Below are positions 26,776 through 35,906 of a stretch of 64,000 bases of DNA, piece after piece. Both the position numbers and the translations under genes were made by a program. Below the pieces are notes generated by a model that was not told the DNA's origin, did not search any database, and was given only the letters and a program-made list of their open reading frames with translations. Position 1 is the stretch's first letter, and the number at the start of each line of letters is the position of its first letter. Origin of the DNA: an uncultured virus (IMG/VR IMGVR_UViG_3300020193_000012) (Duplodnaviria > Heunggongvirae > Uroviricota > Caudoviricetes); the IMG/VR virus record IMGVR_UViG_3300020193_000012, one strand, 5' to 3'.

Positions 26776-27771
26776 GACAGCATAACGAACAATTACAATC
26801 CCACTTCCTCCTGTACCACCAGGTCCAGGAGATCCTCCACCACCGGCCCCACCACCAGTATTTGTTGCTCCATTTGAACCTGCACCATCATCTCCACCTG
26901 CACCGCCACCACCAGGGCCTCCTGTGGTAACTGAACCTGCATGTTGTCCACCGCCGCCGCCACCTGCATATAATCCAGTTGGGCCAACTGTACTTACCCA
27001 AGGAGCTGGCATCACTGCAGAGAATAATGGACCAGCATATGCGGGGAATGGAGCACCTGCACCACCAGGACCGCTTCCTGCTGCAGGAACAGCGCCACCA
27101 CCGTTAGTACCAACAGCACCAGCACCGCCACCACCACCTGCTGCCCTCGGGGTGCCGGCGGTGTCGACTCCTAGACCACCATCATAACCTTGAGTGATTG
27201 AATATGGTGAAGGTAAGGCAGGAACAGCAGCTGCTAAAATTGGAGCAGGGGTTCCTGGATTATATCCAAAACCTTGTAGTGGTGCTGCTCCAGCATATGC
27301 AGATCCACCACCAGATCCACCATGTCCTCCTGGATGTTGTCCTGTAGTTCCACCACCACCACGGCCTCCACCGTGAGCAACTATTGAGTTATAAGTAGAA
27401 TTTTCTCCGTTTGTGGAATTAACATTTGGAGAATATTGACCTCCATCACCACCGCCTCCAACAACAATTGGATAAGTTCCAGCACTAATTGAACCACTTC
27501 CAGTTCTTACGCCACCACCACCACCGCCACCACCACCGGCAGATCCACCATAACTTCCTCCTCCACCACCGCCACCCGCAACGATTAGATATTCTACGGA
27601 TGCAGTGCCACTAGAGACAACAAAATCTTGGGTGGATGTAAAAATATGATATTTATATCCATTTCCTGGAGTAGAAATTGTTCCACCAGTTGCAGAAAAA
27701 GAACCAGCAGCCTCAGCAGCCTCAGCACTTCTACCAAATCCAAACTTACTTCCAGTAAAAATAGGTGCCAT
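26770..27771 (-). CDS. Gly/Pro-rich adhesin-like virion protein D (333 aa)
   Basis: TPGNGYKYHIFT; GGSGIVIVRY. Confidence 0.8.
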   Translation of the reverse strand: MAPIFTGSKFGFGRSAEAAEAAGSFSATGGTISTPGNGYKYHIFTSTQDFVVSSGTASVEYLIVAGGGGGGGSYGGSAGGGGGGGGGVRTGSGSISAGTYPIVVGGGGDGGQYSPNVNSTNGENSTYNSIVAHGGGRGGGGTTGQHPGGHGGSGGGSAYAGAAPLQGFGYNPGTPAPILAAAVPALPSPYSITQGYDGGLGVDTAGTPRAAGGGGGAGAVGTNGGGAVPAAGSGPGGAGAPFPAYAGPLFSAVMPAPWVSTVGPTGLYAGGGGGGQHAGSVTTGGPGGGGAGGDDGAGSNGATNTGGGAGGGGSPGPGGTGGSGIVIVRYAVS

Positions 27772-27777
27772 AATCTA

Positions 27778-28572
27778 TCAAACTCCTACGCTACCTTGTC
27801 TAAATCCCCCGTTCTTGGTGGCATAAACTTTGTAGCTCGCAGCATCGGTATTTGTACCACCATTATAGTGAACAAAGAAGGATACAAAGTCTACATCACT
27901 AGCAGTATTAGAAAGTGTTACAGTTGTTGCTGAACCAACTAATGCTCTTGTTGAAATACCAGCAACTGTTGCTCCGTCTTCAAATCCAACAACGGTACAG
28001 TTAGTTCCAATACCAGTTCCTGCTGTGGTATTTCCAGTTCCTGTAGCGTTTTGAGTGAAGATAACTGTTAATGTTGTTCCGTTCTGAACTCCTGTATCGG
28101 CAGGCATGTTCTTAAACGAAACGATACCAACATTGCCATTTGCTAGGTTATGAGTATATGTCGTTGCATTTCTGACATCTAACTCAAGAACAACTTTACC
28201 ACCACCTAAATTATAAGTTGAACCAACTGCTACGGTTTCTACAACACCTTTGAACTTATTTGGTTGATTATATTCAAAGCATCCAGTATCTCTTTCCCAT
28301 GTCCAAGTTTTATTTGTAGCTCCATATATCGTAATCCCTGCTCCATCAGCCGTGGTATCTGATGGAGAAGTTACTGAAGCGATACCAATATTAGCATCTT
28401 CTACATTTAAGATATCAGTATTAATAATGGTTTGAGTTCCATTAACTGTAAAGTTTCCAGTTACGGTTAAAGCACCACCAACCGTCGCATCATTAGTTAC
28501 TGAGAGTGCTTGTAGAGTAGGTCCACCCGTTCCTGCTCTATTTTTTATAGTGTCAACGTTTAGCTGCGACAT
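27778..28572 (-). CDS. Tail fibre segment (264 aa)
   Basis: VTGNFTVNGTQT..N..L.VED motif; C-terminal domain paralogous to 11538-12629. Confidence 0.8.
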   Translation of the reverse strand: MSQLNVDTIKNRAGTGGPTLQALSVTNDATVGGALTVTGNFTVNGTQTIINTDILNVEDANIGIASVTSPSDTTADGAGITIYGATNKTWTWERDTGCFEYNQPNKFKGVVETVAVGSTYNLGGGKVVLELDVRNATTYTHNLANGNVGIVSFKNMPADTGVQNGTTLTVIFTQNATGTGNTTAGTGIGTNCTVVGFEDGATVAGISTRALVGSATTVTLSNTASDVDFVSFFVHYNGGTNTDAASYKVYATKNGGFRQGSVGV

Positions 28573-28608
28573 CTCTATACTTCTTTTCTAGTTATTTATG
28601 AGTAATCT

Positions 28609-29568
28609 TTATGCCAAATATTTGATTATCACAATTCCAGACCCTCCGGTACGACCAGCACCAGTAGGCCAACGAGCTCCTCCACCACCTCCAGTATTTG
28701 CTGTTCCATTTGATCCGGGACCTCCTCCACCACCTGCTCCTCCAGATCCTCCATCTCCAGCTCCACCACCAGCAAACCATCTTCCCGGAGTTGGTCCAGG
28801 TGTTCCGTATGATGGTGGAATTCCACTATCTCCAGAGAAAGCAGCTTTGCCGTCGCCACCAGTTTGTGATGGTGTAGTAACTGGACCACCAAATCCTGCG
28901 CCACCGCCACCGCCACTTAGAGCTCCAGGACCGCCAAGAGTTGCATAAGTAAATCCAGGAAATCCTTGTGGAGGAGAACTTCCTGTTGAAGTTGGTGTAC
29001 CTGTTTGCCTATCTCCGGTTCCTGCTGTTGCGTTGAGAGTTGCGCCACCACCAGAACCTCCAGGAGTTCCAATCCACTGAGTTGGTGGAGATGGCGATCC
29101 AGTGCCACCAGCTCCACCCCCCCATGCTGTTATAGTAGTACCGGGGTCAGCAATAGTTGATGGATTTCCATTTCCAGCTGGAGAAGATGCACTACCTATA
29201 GTGATGGATAGTGGAAATGATCCAAATACAGTTAAGGTGCCCTCAACATATCCTCCTGCACCACCGCCTGCACCTGCATATGCATCTACAGATCCGCCTC
29301 CTCCTCCACCACCACCAACAATCAAGTAAGTAATATCATTACCATCTCCTGGAGGAGTTATTGAAAAAGTTCCGGAACTAGTAAATACATGATACTTATA
29401 TCCATTACCAGGAGTTAGTAAAGTTCCTCCAGTTCCACTAATTGGAGCAAGCGCCGCTAAACGCACACCAGCAACTCTTCTTCCAGAATATCCTTTATCT
29501 TTACCAGAAAGAAATTCTGTTATATTTGAATTTCTTCCAAAAATGTTTCTAACACGTTTAAAGGACAT
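28609..29568 (-). CDS. Gly/Pro-rich adhesin-like virion protein E (319 aa)
   Basis: TPGNGYKYHVFT; GGSGIVIIKY. Confidence 0.8.
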   Translation of the reverse strand: MSFKRVRNIFGRNSNITEFLSGKDKGYSGRRVAGVRLAALAPISGTGGTLLTPGNGYKYHVFTSSGTFSITPPGDGNDITYLIVGGGGGGGGSVDAYAGAGGGAGGYVEGTLTVFGSFPLSITIGSASSPAGNGNPSTIADPGTTITAWGGGAGGTGSPSPPTQWIGTPGGSGGGATLNATAGTGDRQTGTPTSTGSSPPQGFPGFTYATLGGPGALSGGGGGAGFGGPVTTPSQTGGDGKAAFSGDSGIPPSYGTPGPTPGRWFAGGGAGDGGSGGAGGGGGPGSNGTANTGGGGGARWPTGAGRTGGSGIVIIKYLA

Positions 29569-29569
29569 A

Positions 29570-29932
29570 TTAAACCTCTTTATCGCCTAGTACTAAAACA
29601 TTAATAGAGTTTGAAACATTTCCTTCGTTATATACTTGTAAAGTATCTCCATTATTTCTTATTGTAATTGGATATGCTGGTTCAAAGAAAAATGTATCAT
29701 CAGTGCCAATACCAACTCTAGCAATTCTTGTTGTAGAACTTGCAGTTCCTGCGCTTCCACCACTATTTGGAACTACATGAAGAACAACGTTTTGGACCGA
29801 TGTTGAACTTAAATTGTGAAACAAAACACTTTTAATATAAGCAGTTTGAGCAGAACCCACCGTATAAACTGCAGCGGTGACTCCTGCTCCAATCTGTGTT
29901 GTAAACCCTAAGTTACCTCTATTAAGTGCCAT
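29570..29932 (-). CDS. Tail-fibre adaptor-like protein (120 aa)
   Basis: Paralogue of 20829-21230. Confidence 0.75.
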   Translation of the reverse strand: MALNRGNLGFTTQIGAGVTAAVYTVGSAQTAYIKSVLFHNLSSTSVQNVVLHVVPNSGGSAGTASSTTRIARVGIGTDDTFFFEPAYPITIRNNGDTLQVYNEGNVSNSINVLVLGDKEV

Positions 29933-29954
29933 CTTATTTTTGTTTTATATCTAT

Positions 29955-30149
29955 TTAGAAGAGTGAACTGTCGCGCCAATCAAACGATGCTGGAATACTT
30001 AATCCAGTTATACCAGAACCGTTTCCAGTAATTGTAGTTGCATTCAAAGTAGTAACTGTAGTAATGCCACTGATAACCGCACCATCAGGTAAAGTTGGAG
30101 CACTTCCTTCTGTTCTGCCTTTTAAATTAGTAACTCTTAAATCTGACAT
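29955..30149 (-). CDS. Very short fibre segment (64 aa)
   Basis: MSDLRVTNLKGR..G.AP; GNGSGITGL. Confidence 0.7.
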   Translation of the reverse strand: MSDLRVTNLKGRTEGSAPTLPDGAVISGITTVTTLNATTITGNGSGITGLSIPASFDWRDSSLF

Positions 30150-30496
30150 CAGAGACCTCCGAGGTTGAGAACATCAATAACCATCGTTTTACCAAGTCCA
30201 ACGGTAACTCCAACACCAGACGCAACAGTAATTGTTGGAACAACAGAAACTACATACGATTGATAATTTCCTGCGTTTGTCGTATCAAACGTAATACTTT
30301 GAGTAATTGTTGATGCTAATGCAACATAATTAAAAAGTCCATCAGTATCACCAGTTGGTTGTCCTACACCACCACCAACTCCCGTTAGGTTTGACCCGTC
30401 ACCTGAAAATGATGATGCAGTAACGATGCCAGTAAAACTTGCACCACCAGATACATTTCCTACAATATTACTGACTAATTGTACCTTTGTAGTCAT
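30149..30496 (-). CDS. Short fibre segment (115 aa)
   Basis: GIVTASSFSGDGSNLTGV; ITVASGVGVTVG. Confidence 0.75.
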   Translation of the reverse strand: MTTKVQLVSNIVGNVSGGASFTGIVTASSFSGDGSNLTGVGGGVGQPTGDTDGLFNYVALASTITQSITFDTTNAGNYQSYVVSVVPTITVASGVGVTVGLGKTMVIDVLNLGGL

Positions 30497-30525
30497 CTTA
30501 TTAGTTTTTAGTTATTTATGACAAT

Positions 30526-30549
30526 AAAAAAGAGGGGCGGAACCCCTCT
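30526..30549 (-). terminator. Rho-independent terminator
   Basis: AGAGGGG-TTCCG-CCCCTCT followed by a T run. Confidence 0.8.
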
Positions 30550-30554
30550 GAGTA

Positions 30555-30971
30555 TCATTCCCCTTCGGGTGCTGGTAGTTCTGGGGTTTCTAGAACCCAT
30601 TCACCTGCTTCTTCATCCCAGCGATAGAATGAACGTGCCTCAATCTCCTCTTCTGTGAGTGTAGGTGCAGGACCAACGGGTGATTCCCAATCTGCGGTTT
30701 CCTCATTCAGAACCCAAGACTCAAAAGTCTTGGGAGGTACAAAAGCGTCAAGTTCCTCGTTATAAGAGTAACCGATACCTGCATATCTCACACGGAAGTT
30801 ATTATTATATGAGGTCTGCTTCCAGTTAGTATCAGCACCTAGGAGTTTCTTACAGAAAGCAACTCCGATTTCTTCTACTTCGTTTCCGTTTACATCCGAA
30901 GTATCTTCGTTACTCACAACGATAACTTGAGTAACAACGTTGTTTTCATCTAGTTGTGCAAAATGTGCCAT
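30555..30971 (-). CDS. Conserved tail-associated phage protein (MAHFAQLD family, 138 aa)
   Basis: WKQTSYN..FR..YAGIGYSY...DAF.PP...SW.LNE.T..W. Confidence 0.8.
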   Translation of the reverse strand: MAHFAQLDENNVVTQVIVVSNEDTSDVNGNEVEEIGVAFCKKLLGADTNWKQTSYNNNFRVRYAGIGYSYNEELDAFVPPKTFESWVLNEETADWESPVGPAPTLTEEEIEARSFYRWDEEAGEWVLETPELPAPEGE

Positions 30972-30987
30972 ATTATTTTTAAAACTA

Positions 30988-31371
30988 TTATAGAAGGTGT
31001 AAAGCAGAGACTGCCTCTTGATATTTAGCGTCTGCTTGAGCGTTCTTCTCTGCTTTTAAGGTCTCGTCGGTTTCCAAACGTGCTTCTTCACGAAGAGCAT
31101 GTGAAGCAAGAAGAGGTGTATTAACGCTATCAAACTTTGTTTTAGTTAGTTTTTGAACTGCTTTTTTACCACTTGCATCAGTAATATCAGATACAGTTAC
31201 TTCTGTAGGTACGGTTGATAAACATACATCAATTCCATCTGGATCATGCATCCAAATCTTTACATCAAGTCCAAGAAATTCTGCTTCAGGATGTCTTTTT
31301 TCTACAGGATTTTCTGTGCAGGCATATGAACCTGTATTTACATTAATCCAATAATGCTTTAGGTATTGCAT
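30988..31371 (-). CDS. Hypothetical protein (127 aa)
   Basis: ORF behind TATAAATA at 31393-31400. Confidence 0.75.
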   Translation of the reverse strand: MQYLKHYWINVNTGSYACTENPVEKRHPEAEFLGLDVKIWMHDPDGIDVCLSTVPTEVTVSDITDASGKKAVQKLTKTKFDSVNTPLLASHALREEARLETDETLKAEKNAQADAKYQEAVSALHLL

Positions 31372-31395
31372 TTATCTATTAGCGTTTAGAGATAT

Positions 31396-32058
31396 TTATA
31401 TTACAGGAACTCCATACTGACGTGATAACTCTTCATTAATCTGCTGCATGGAAGGAAATCCTTTTACTGTTGCCCAAGTTACAATAGAATATCTTTTTCC
31501 TTTAGTGACTGGTTCAACACCATGTAAGTAATGATGGTTTGATGGAAAACAAACCATCATTCCTGGTTCTGGACGAACTCTAACTTTAAGTTCTGGAAAA
31601 ATAAAATCACCACCTTCAAATTCATCATTCAAAAATAAAACGATTGACAAATCCCTATCAGTTGACTTTTTCCAAATTTTTTCTTGAGTTGGTGTTACCC
31701 ATATACTTTCACCATCAACATGAGGTAGATAATGACCACCAGCACCATATGAAAGTATTTGAGGAATTTCGCTTGAAGATACTTCTATTTGATAAAATGG
31801 ATTGATTACTTCACGAACAGCATTTCTTAAAAGATTTTCAATCTTTGGAAATAATGGTCCCGCAGGAACAATCTGCGTATCTCTTATCTTTTTATCAACA
31901 ATCCAAGAAGTTTCTCCAGTTTTATTTGTTTTCTGTGCATCAAAAACAGATAAATCTTCTGCTGAAGATCTCTTAATGTGTTCTAAGAGTTCTTGAAGTC
32001 CTTGTTGATTGATGATATTTGGTTTAATCAAGATGTATGTTAAAGGATTGTCAATCAT
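31396..32058 (-). CDS. 2OG-Fe(II) oxygenase, prolyl-4-hydroxylase-like
   Basis: HYLPHVD, FLNDEFEGG, FPSNHHYLHGVEPV.KGKRYSIVTW; start moved to the ATG at 32058. Confidence 0.9.
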   Translation of the reverse strand: MIDNPLTYILIKPNIINQQGLQELLEHIKRSSAEDLSVFDAQKTNKTGETSWIVDKKIRDTQIVPAGPLFPKIENLLRNAVREVINPFYQIEVSSSEIPQILSYGAGGHYLPHVDGESIWVTPTQEKIWKKSTDRDLSIVLFLNDEFEGGDFIFPELKVRVRPEPGMMVCFPSNHHYLHGVEPVTKGKRYSIVTWATVKGFPSMQQINEELSRQYGVPVI

Positions 32059-32080
32059 AATGTAATTTAATTTTGAATAT

Positions 32081-33988
32081 TTATTGTGGTAGTGCGTTTT
32101 CTGCTGCCGATGCTGCTGATGCTCCATATACAACACCACTCAGTGCCCCTCTTGGAGATGCTGTTGCGGTGTCATTTGCATAATCAATACGATCAATAGT
32201 GGATACAATTGATGGATATCCACCACCAAAGTATCCATAAGAGGTGTTTCCTGTTGCTGCAGTGTATCCCTTAGAAGCACTTAATGGACCTCTGGTTGAT
32301 GCTGTTGTTGTGTCATTTGAGTAATCAACTCTATCTACTCTGGAATAATATCCAATAGCAGCATCTCTTCCGCCACTAAACCAAGCATAATTAGCGTTAC
32401 CAGTTGATGCTAAAGTAAATCTAGCAAGACTTAAAGGACCTCTAGGAGATGCTGTTGCGGTATCATTTGAATAATCAATACGATCAACTGTTGATAATGA
32501 CCCAGGAAGCGGGCTTCCTCCACCAAACCATCCATAAGATGAGTTGCCACTTGCAGATAGCCAATATCTAGCAACAGTTAGAACTCCTCTTGCCGATGAT
32601 GTAACATTATCATTTGCAAAATCTACTCTATCCACACTTGATCTCTGATAAGGTGTTCCACTTGGAGAATATCCACCACCAAACCAAGCATAAGAAGAAT
32701 TTGAAACTCCAGATAAAAATCCTTTAACTGTATTTAATGGACCTCTTACAGTTGCGGTAGCAGTCTCATTTGAAAAATCTAATCGATCTATACTTGATGT
32801 ATATGGACTAGCTCCTCCAGCAAAATAAGCATGATTTGAACTAGCAGTAGATCCATTATAAGTTCTACTCATACTTAGAGGACCTTTGGTAGATGCGGTT
32901 GCAGTATCATTAGTGAAGTTTATTCTTTCTATTTTTGAACTTTGCGCCGGACTTGTCGCTGGTGTAAATCCTCCACCAAAATAACCAAATCTTGTCACTA
33001 TAAATTCTTCAGGAATAGGACTTGGTGTGGTTGTTGATTGCGGAAATCCATTTTCTCCTGCAGAATTTCCAACAGCAAAATACCTTGCAGTAGTTAAGAG
33101 ACCTTTTGGGCTAGTGGTGACAGTATCATTGCTATAAGTAACTCTTTGAATTGTTGAGTTAACACCACTTATACCGGGATTATATCCTCCAGCTAAATAT
33201 CCATAAGCACTATTTCCAGAAGCTCCGAGCCCCTGTCCAGCTCTTTCTAATGGTCCTCTTGGCGATGCTGTGACAGTATCATTATTAAAATCAATCCGTT
33301 CTACTACTGTAGTTGTGCCACCACCAGCCCACCAACCATAATTAGAATTTCCAGTTGCTCGTTTGAATGCATCAGAGGTTGACATATTCCCTCTTGGAGA
33401 TGCTGTAGTAGTATCATTGGAATAATTAATCCTAGAAACCAGTGATTTTGCATTCCCACCTCCAAGCCAACCATAAGTAGAATTTCCAGTTCCATCAAAA
33501 TAACCGTTACCTGCTGGTACATTACCTTTTTCTAAGGCTGTTGCCGTATCACTACTATAGTCAATACGATCTATAGTAGTTGCAAGTGAAGGAAATCCAC
33601 TAGCATAATATCCATAATTTAAATTACCAACAGATCCTCTTCCATATCTATTACCTGCTAAAGAACCTCTAGTTGATGCGGTTGCCGTGTCATTCGCATA
33701 ATCAATACGACTGACTGTTGTATAGTGTGATGGATAAAATGAAGCAAAATATCCATGCGTTTGGTTAGTTGTTGAAGAACCATAATTTCCTGATGCTGTT
33801 AATGGTCCTCTCGGTGATGCTGTGGCAGTATCATTATTAAAATCCATTCGATCCACTGTTGATGCTGGACCAGAAAAATATGCATAAGAAATAGTAGGTG
33901 CCGTCGTTAGAGTTGGCCAATAACCAGTATTTTGACGAGATCTGACATCAAAAAGTGAAAATATTCCTCTAGTATTTGTAAGTGCCAT
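32081..33988 (-). CDS. Double beta-propeller (Kelch-like) repeat protein 3 (635 aa)
   Basis: 12 repeats of about 47 aa (YGWFGGG...VDRIDYSNDTATASPRGPL), arranged 6+6. Confidence 0.85.
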   Translation of the reverse strand: MALTNTRGIFSLFDVRSRQNTGYWPTLTTAPTISYAYFSGPASTVDRMDFNNDTATASPRGPLTASGNYGSSTTNQTHGYFASFYPSHYTTVSRIDYANDTATASTRGSLAGNRYGRGSVGNLNYGYYASGFPSLATTIDRIDYSSDTATALEKGNVPAGNGYFDGTGNSTYGWLGGGNAKSLVSRINYSNDTTTASPRGNMSTSDAFKRATGNSNYGWWAGGGTTTVVERIDFNNDTVTASPRGPLERAGQGLGASGNSAYGYLAGGYNPGISGVNSTIQRVTYSNDTVTTSPKGLLTTARYFAVGNSAGENGFPQSTTTPSPIPEEFIVTRFGYFGGGFTPATSPAQSSKIERINFTNDTATASTKGPLSMSRTYNGSTASSNHAYFAGGASPYTSSIDRLDFSNETATATVRGPLNTVKGFLSGVSNSSYAWFGGGYSPSGTPYQRSSVDRVDFANDNVTSSARGVLTVARYWLSASGNSSYGWFGGGSPLPGSLSTVDRIDYSNDTATASPRGPLSLARFTLASTGNANYAWFSGGRDAAIGYYSRVDRVDYSNDTTTASTRGPLSASKGYTAATGNTSYGYFGGGYPSIVSTIDRIDYANDTATASPRGALSGVVYGASAASAAENALPQ

Positions 33989-34813
33989 CTAACCCAAATA
34001 TCTATGGTCGGAATATTTCCAATATTCCTGTTTACTATACTTATTTAGAATGAAATCACTCAAGACATCTTGTGGTTTTTTAGACGTTTTCTTCAATTCT
34101 TTTCTCACATGATGCATATCCTTTAGGGCATAAACTTCGTTATCAAGTTCTCTATGGTGATTGTAAATGTTATTAAAATTGTGAGAATATTTTTCAACTT
34201 CCAAAAAGTCATATATTTTATCCATAGTTGCATTCGGATTAGATGTTAAATCCTCATACTCAACAAACAACATATGTTTTGTATCATTCTTTACAAATGC
34301 TTGATATTGAGCCCATAAAGATTGACCAACAATGCCAATATCTGACATTAAAAAATCACAACGATTATCATTATTAATTTCTTTTCCCAATTCTAATAGG
34401 TGAGTGTCTATAAATGATTGTTGGTCACTGTTTCTCTCTATCATTGTAATAAAAGATGTGAGAATTTCAAGAACATCTCTTACTGGACAAATGATTTTGG
34501 GATTTGGTGTTACATATGTTTTAATTCTTTGAATATTATTTGACCAAGCACGGCAATGATCAATAATAACAGGTTGTTCTACATCAAAGTAAAAATTATC
34601 TAACATTCCAGAAATAATTCTGTATGCACTTTTTGGTTTTGGGTATGCTTCATATTGCTCACTTCTTTTAAAGTAATCTTCATTCCAATACATAAGTTCC
34701 ATCACTGGACTAATGGGACTTGCAAACAAGTTTGGGTTTTGATTTAAGATTGATTTTAACAAAGTACTCCCAGAACGAGGAAGACCTGCCATAAAGTGAT
34801 ACGTCTTATTCAT
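33989..34813 (-). CDS. Sulfotransferase family protein 4
   Basis: GLPRSGSTLL, RDVLEILTS, EYEDL; ATGA overlap at 34810-34813. Confidence 0.85.
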   Translation of the reverse strand: MNKTYHFMAGLPRSGSTLLKSILNQNPNLFASPISPVMELMYWNEDYFKRSEQYEAYPKPKSAYRIISGMLDNFYFDVEQPVIIDHCRAWSNNIQRIKTYVTPNPKIICPVRDVLEILTSFITMIERNSDQQSFIDTHLLELGKEINNDNRCDFLMSDIGIVGQSLWAQYQAFVKNDTKHMLFVEYEDLTSNPNATMDKIYDFLEVEKYSHNFNNIYNHHRELDNEVYALKDMHHVRKELKKTSKKPQDVLSDFILNKYSKQEYWKYSDHRYLG

Positions 34814-35295
34814 ATACAATTCAAGAGTTTGTTCAGTGTTTCTTCAGACACTTTGAAAGTTTCCCGCATTTGTTTTTCATTTGGGTTTTGATTATTCCAC
34901 CATGCTTTTCCATCTTGTTCTAAGATACATGATTGTGGTTCTAAAAGAAAATAAGATCTTAATTGCTTTTCATCTTTAACTTCAACAACATTCTCACCAA
35001 ACCAATCAAAATATTGTGTGGTAGAAACTACTGCAGGAACATGTGTACAACCTTTTAAATACGTAAGTGCGTATAATCTTTGCACTCCTGCTGGTCCTGC
35101 TTGTATGTCTCTTTCTGAATGTATTACTATTCTAACAGGATCAATATGTTTTGTATTTTCAATATGTTCTAATATTGCTTGAAGAAATCCACACTGATGC
35201 CTTGGATGATTTGGATCATTAATCCATAAGTCTCTCCCATCATCAGTAAGTTTGTTTACTGGAAATTTAGGAACATAATATGCTGTATAAGTCAT
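34810..35295 (-). CDS. Hypothetical protein, weak ParB/sulfiredoxin-like pattern
   Basis: IDPVRIV...GVQRLYAL...G..HVPAVV. Confidence 0.6.
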   Translation of the reverse strand: MTYTAYYVPKFPVNKLTDDGRDLWINDPNHPRHQCGFLQAILEHIENTKHIDPVRIVIHSERDIQAGPAGVQRLYALTYLKGCTHVPAVVSTTQYFDWFGENVVEVKDEKQLRSYFLLEPQSCILEQDGKAWWNNQNPNEKQMRETFKVSEETLNKLLNCI

Positions 35296-35900
35296 GCTTC
35301 TCTGAAAAAGAATAATTGAACTAGACGACCATTATCTAGATTGGTTCCAAAATTATAGTTATGGGAGTGCCAAAGATAAGTGCGAAACAATACCATTCTA
35401 TTATACCTCATTGGGCACAAAAAGTAACGTGTCCACTTTGAACGATCTTGCCCATCACCATAAACATTTGTCCACCATGCCTCTTTATAAGATGGATAAC
35501 CATAAAACTGTGCTTCTTCATCAGTTTTAGGGCACATCTCCATTTTTAAAGTATTGTGTCTCCAAAATGATGTTCCACCTTCATCAATACAATCTTCTGG
35601 TTTTGATAGATAAATGACAGCACCCCACTCCCAAGATGGATCGACATGAACATCTTGTTTATGAGTATCATTTTCTAAAGATAACCGAAAGTATCCGTTC
35701 TTATCAGCTGGATTTAATTTTTGGTTGATAAGATATTCAAACTTTTGATGTATTTCTTGGTTATAATAAGCTCCTTTTGAGTTTCTACCTGGATAAGTAT
35801 ATTCTTTTTCTGGTTTTGGATATTCTTGTGCTAGTGCATTATTTCTTACTTCATCAGGATTAGTATAAAAGTCATCAACAACAATAATATTTTGTTTCAT
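35292..35900 (-). CDS. 2OG-Fe(II) oxygenase-fold protein (DUF6445-like)
   Basis: IIVVDDFY.NPD.VR, YPG.R, HVD..WGAVIYLS, GGTSFW, YNRMVLF...WHS, RLVQLFF. Confidence 0.8.
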   Translation of the reverse strand: MKQNIIVVDDFYTNPDEVRNNALAQEYPKPEKEYTYPGRNSKGAYYNQEIHQKFEYLINQKLNPADKNGYFRLSLENDTHKQDVHVDPSWEWGAVIYLSKPEDCIDEGGTSFWRHNTLKMEMCPKTDEEAQFYGYPSYKEAWWTNVYGDGQDRSKWTRYFLCPMRYNRMVLFRTYLWHSHNYNFGTNLDNGRLVQLFFFREA

Positions 35901-35906
35901 AGAGTT

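Noticed and set aside
26924..29329. Plus-strand poly-Pro ORFs (26924, 27194, 28598, 29102)
   Set aside because: Antisense shadows of GGT/GGA codons in the Gly-rich genes; no RBS or promoter support
7907..29568. Collagen-like fibres
   Set aside because: Glycines occur in runs, not in Gly-X-Y periodicity
32059..32139. N-terminal extension of the oxygenase ORF
   Set aside because: Overlaps the propeller gene end and lies upstream of the late promoter; ATG at 32058 preferred
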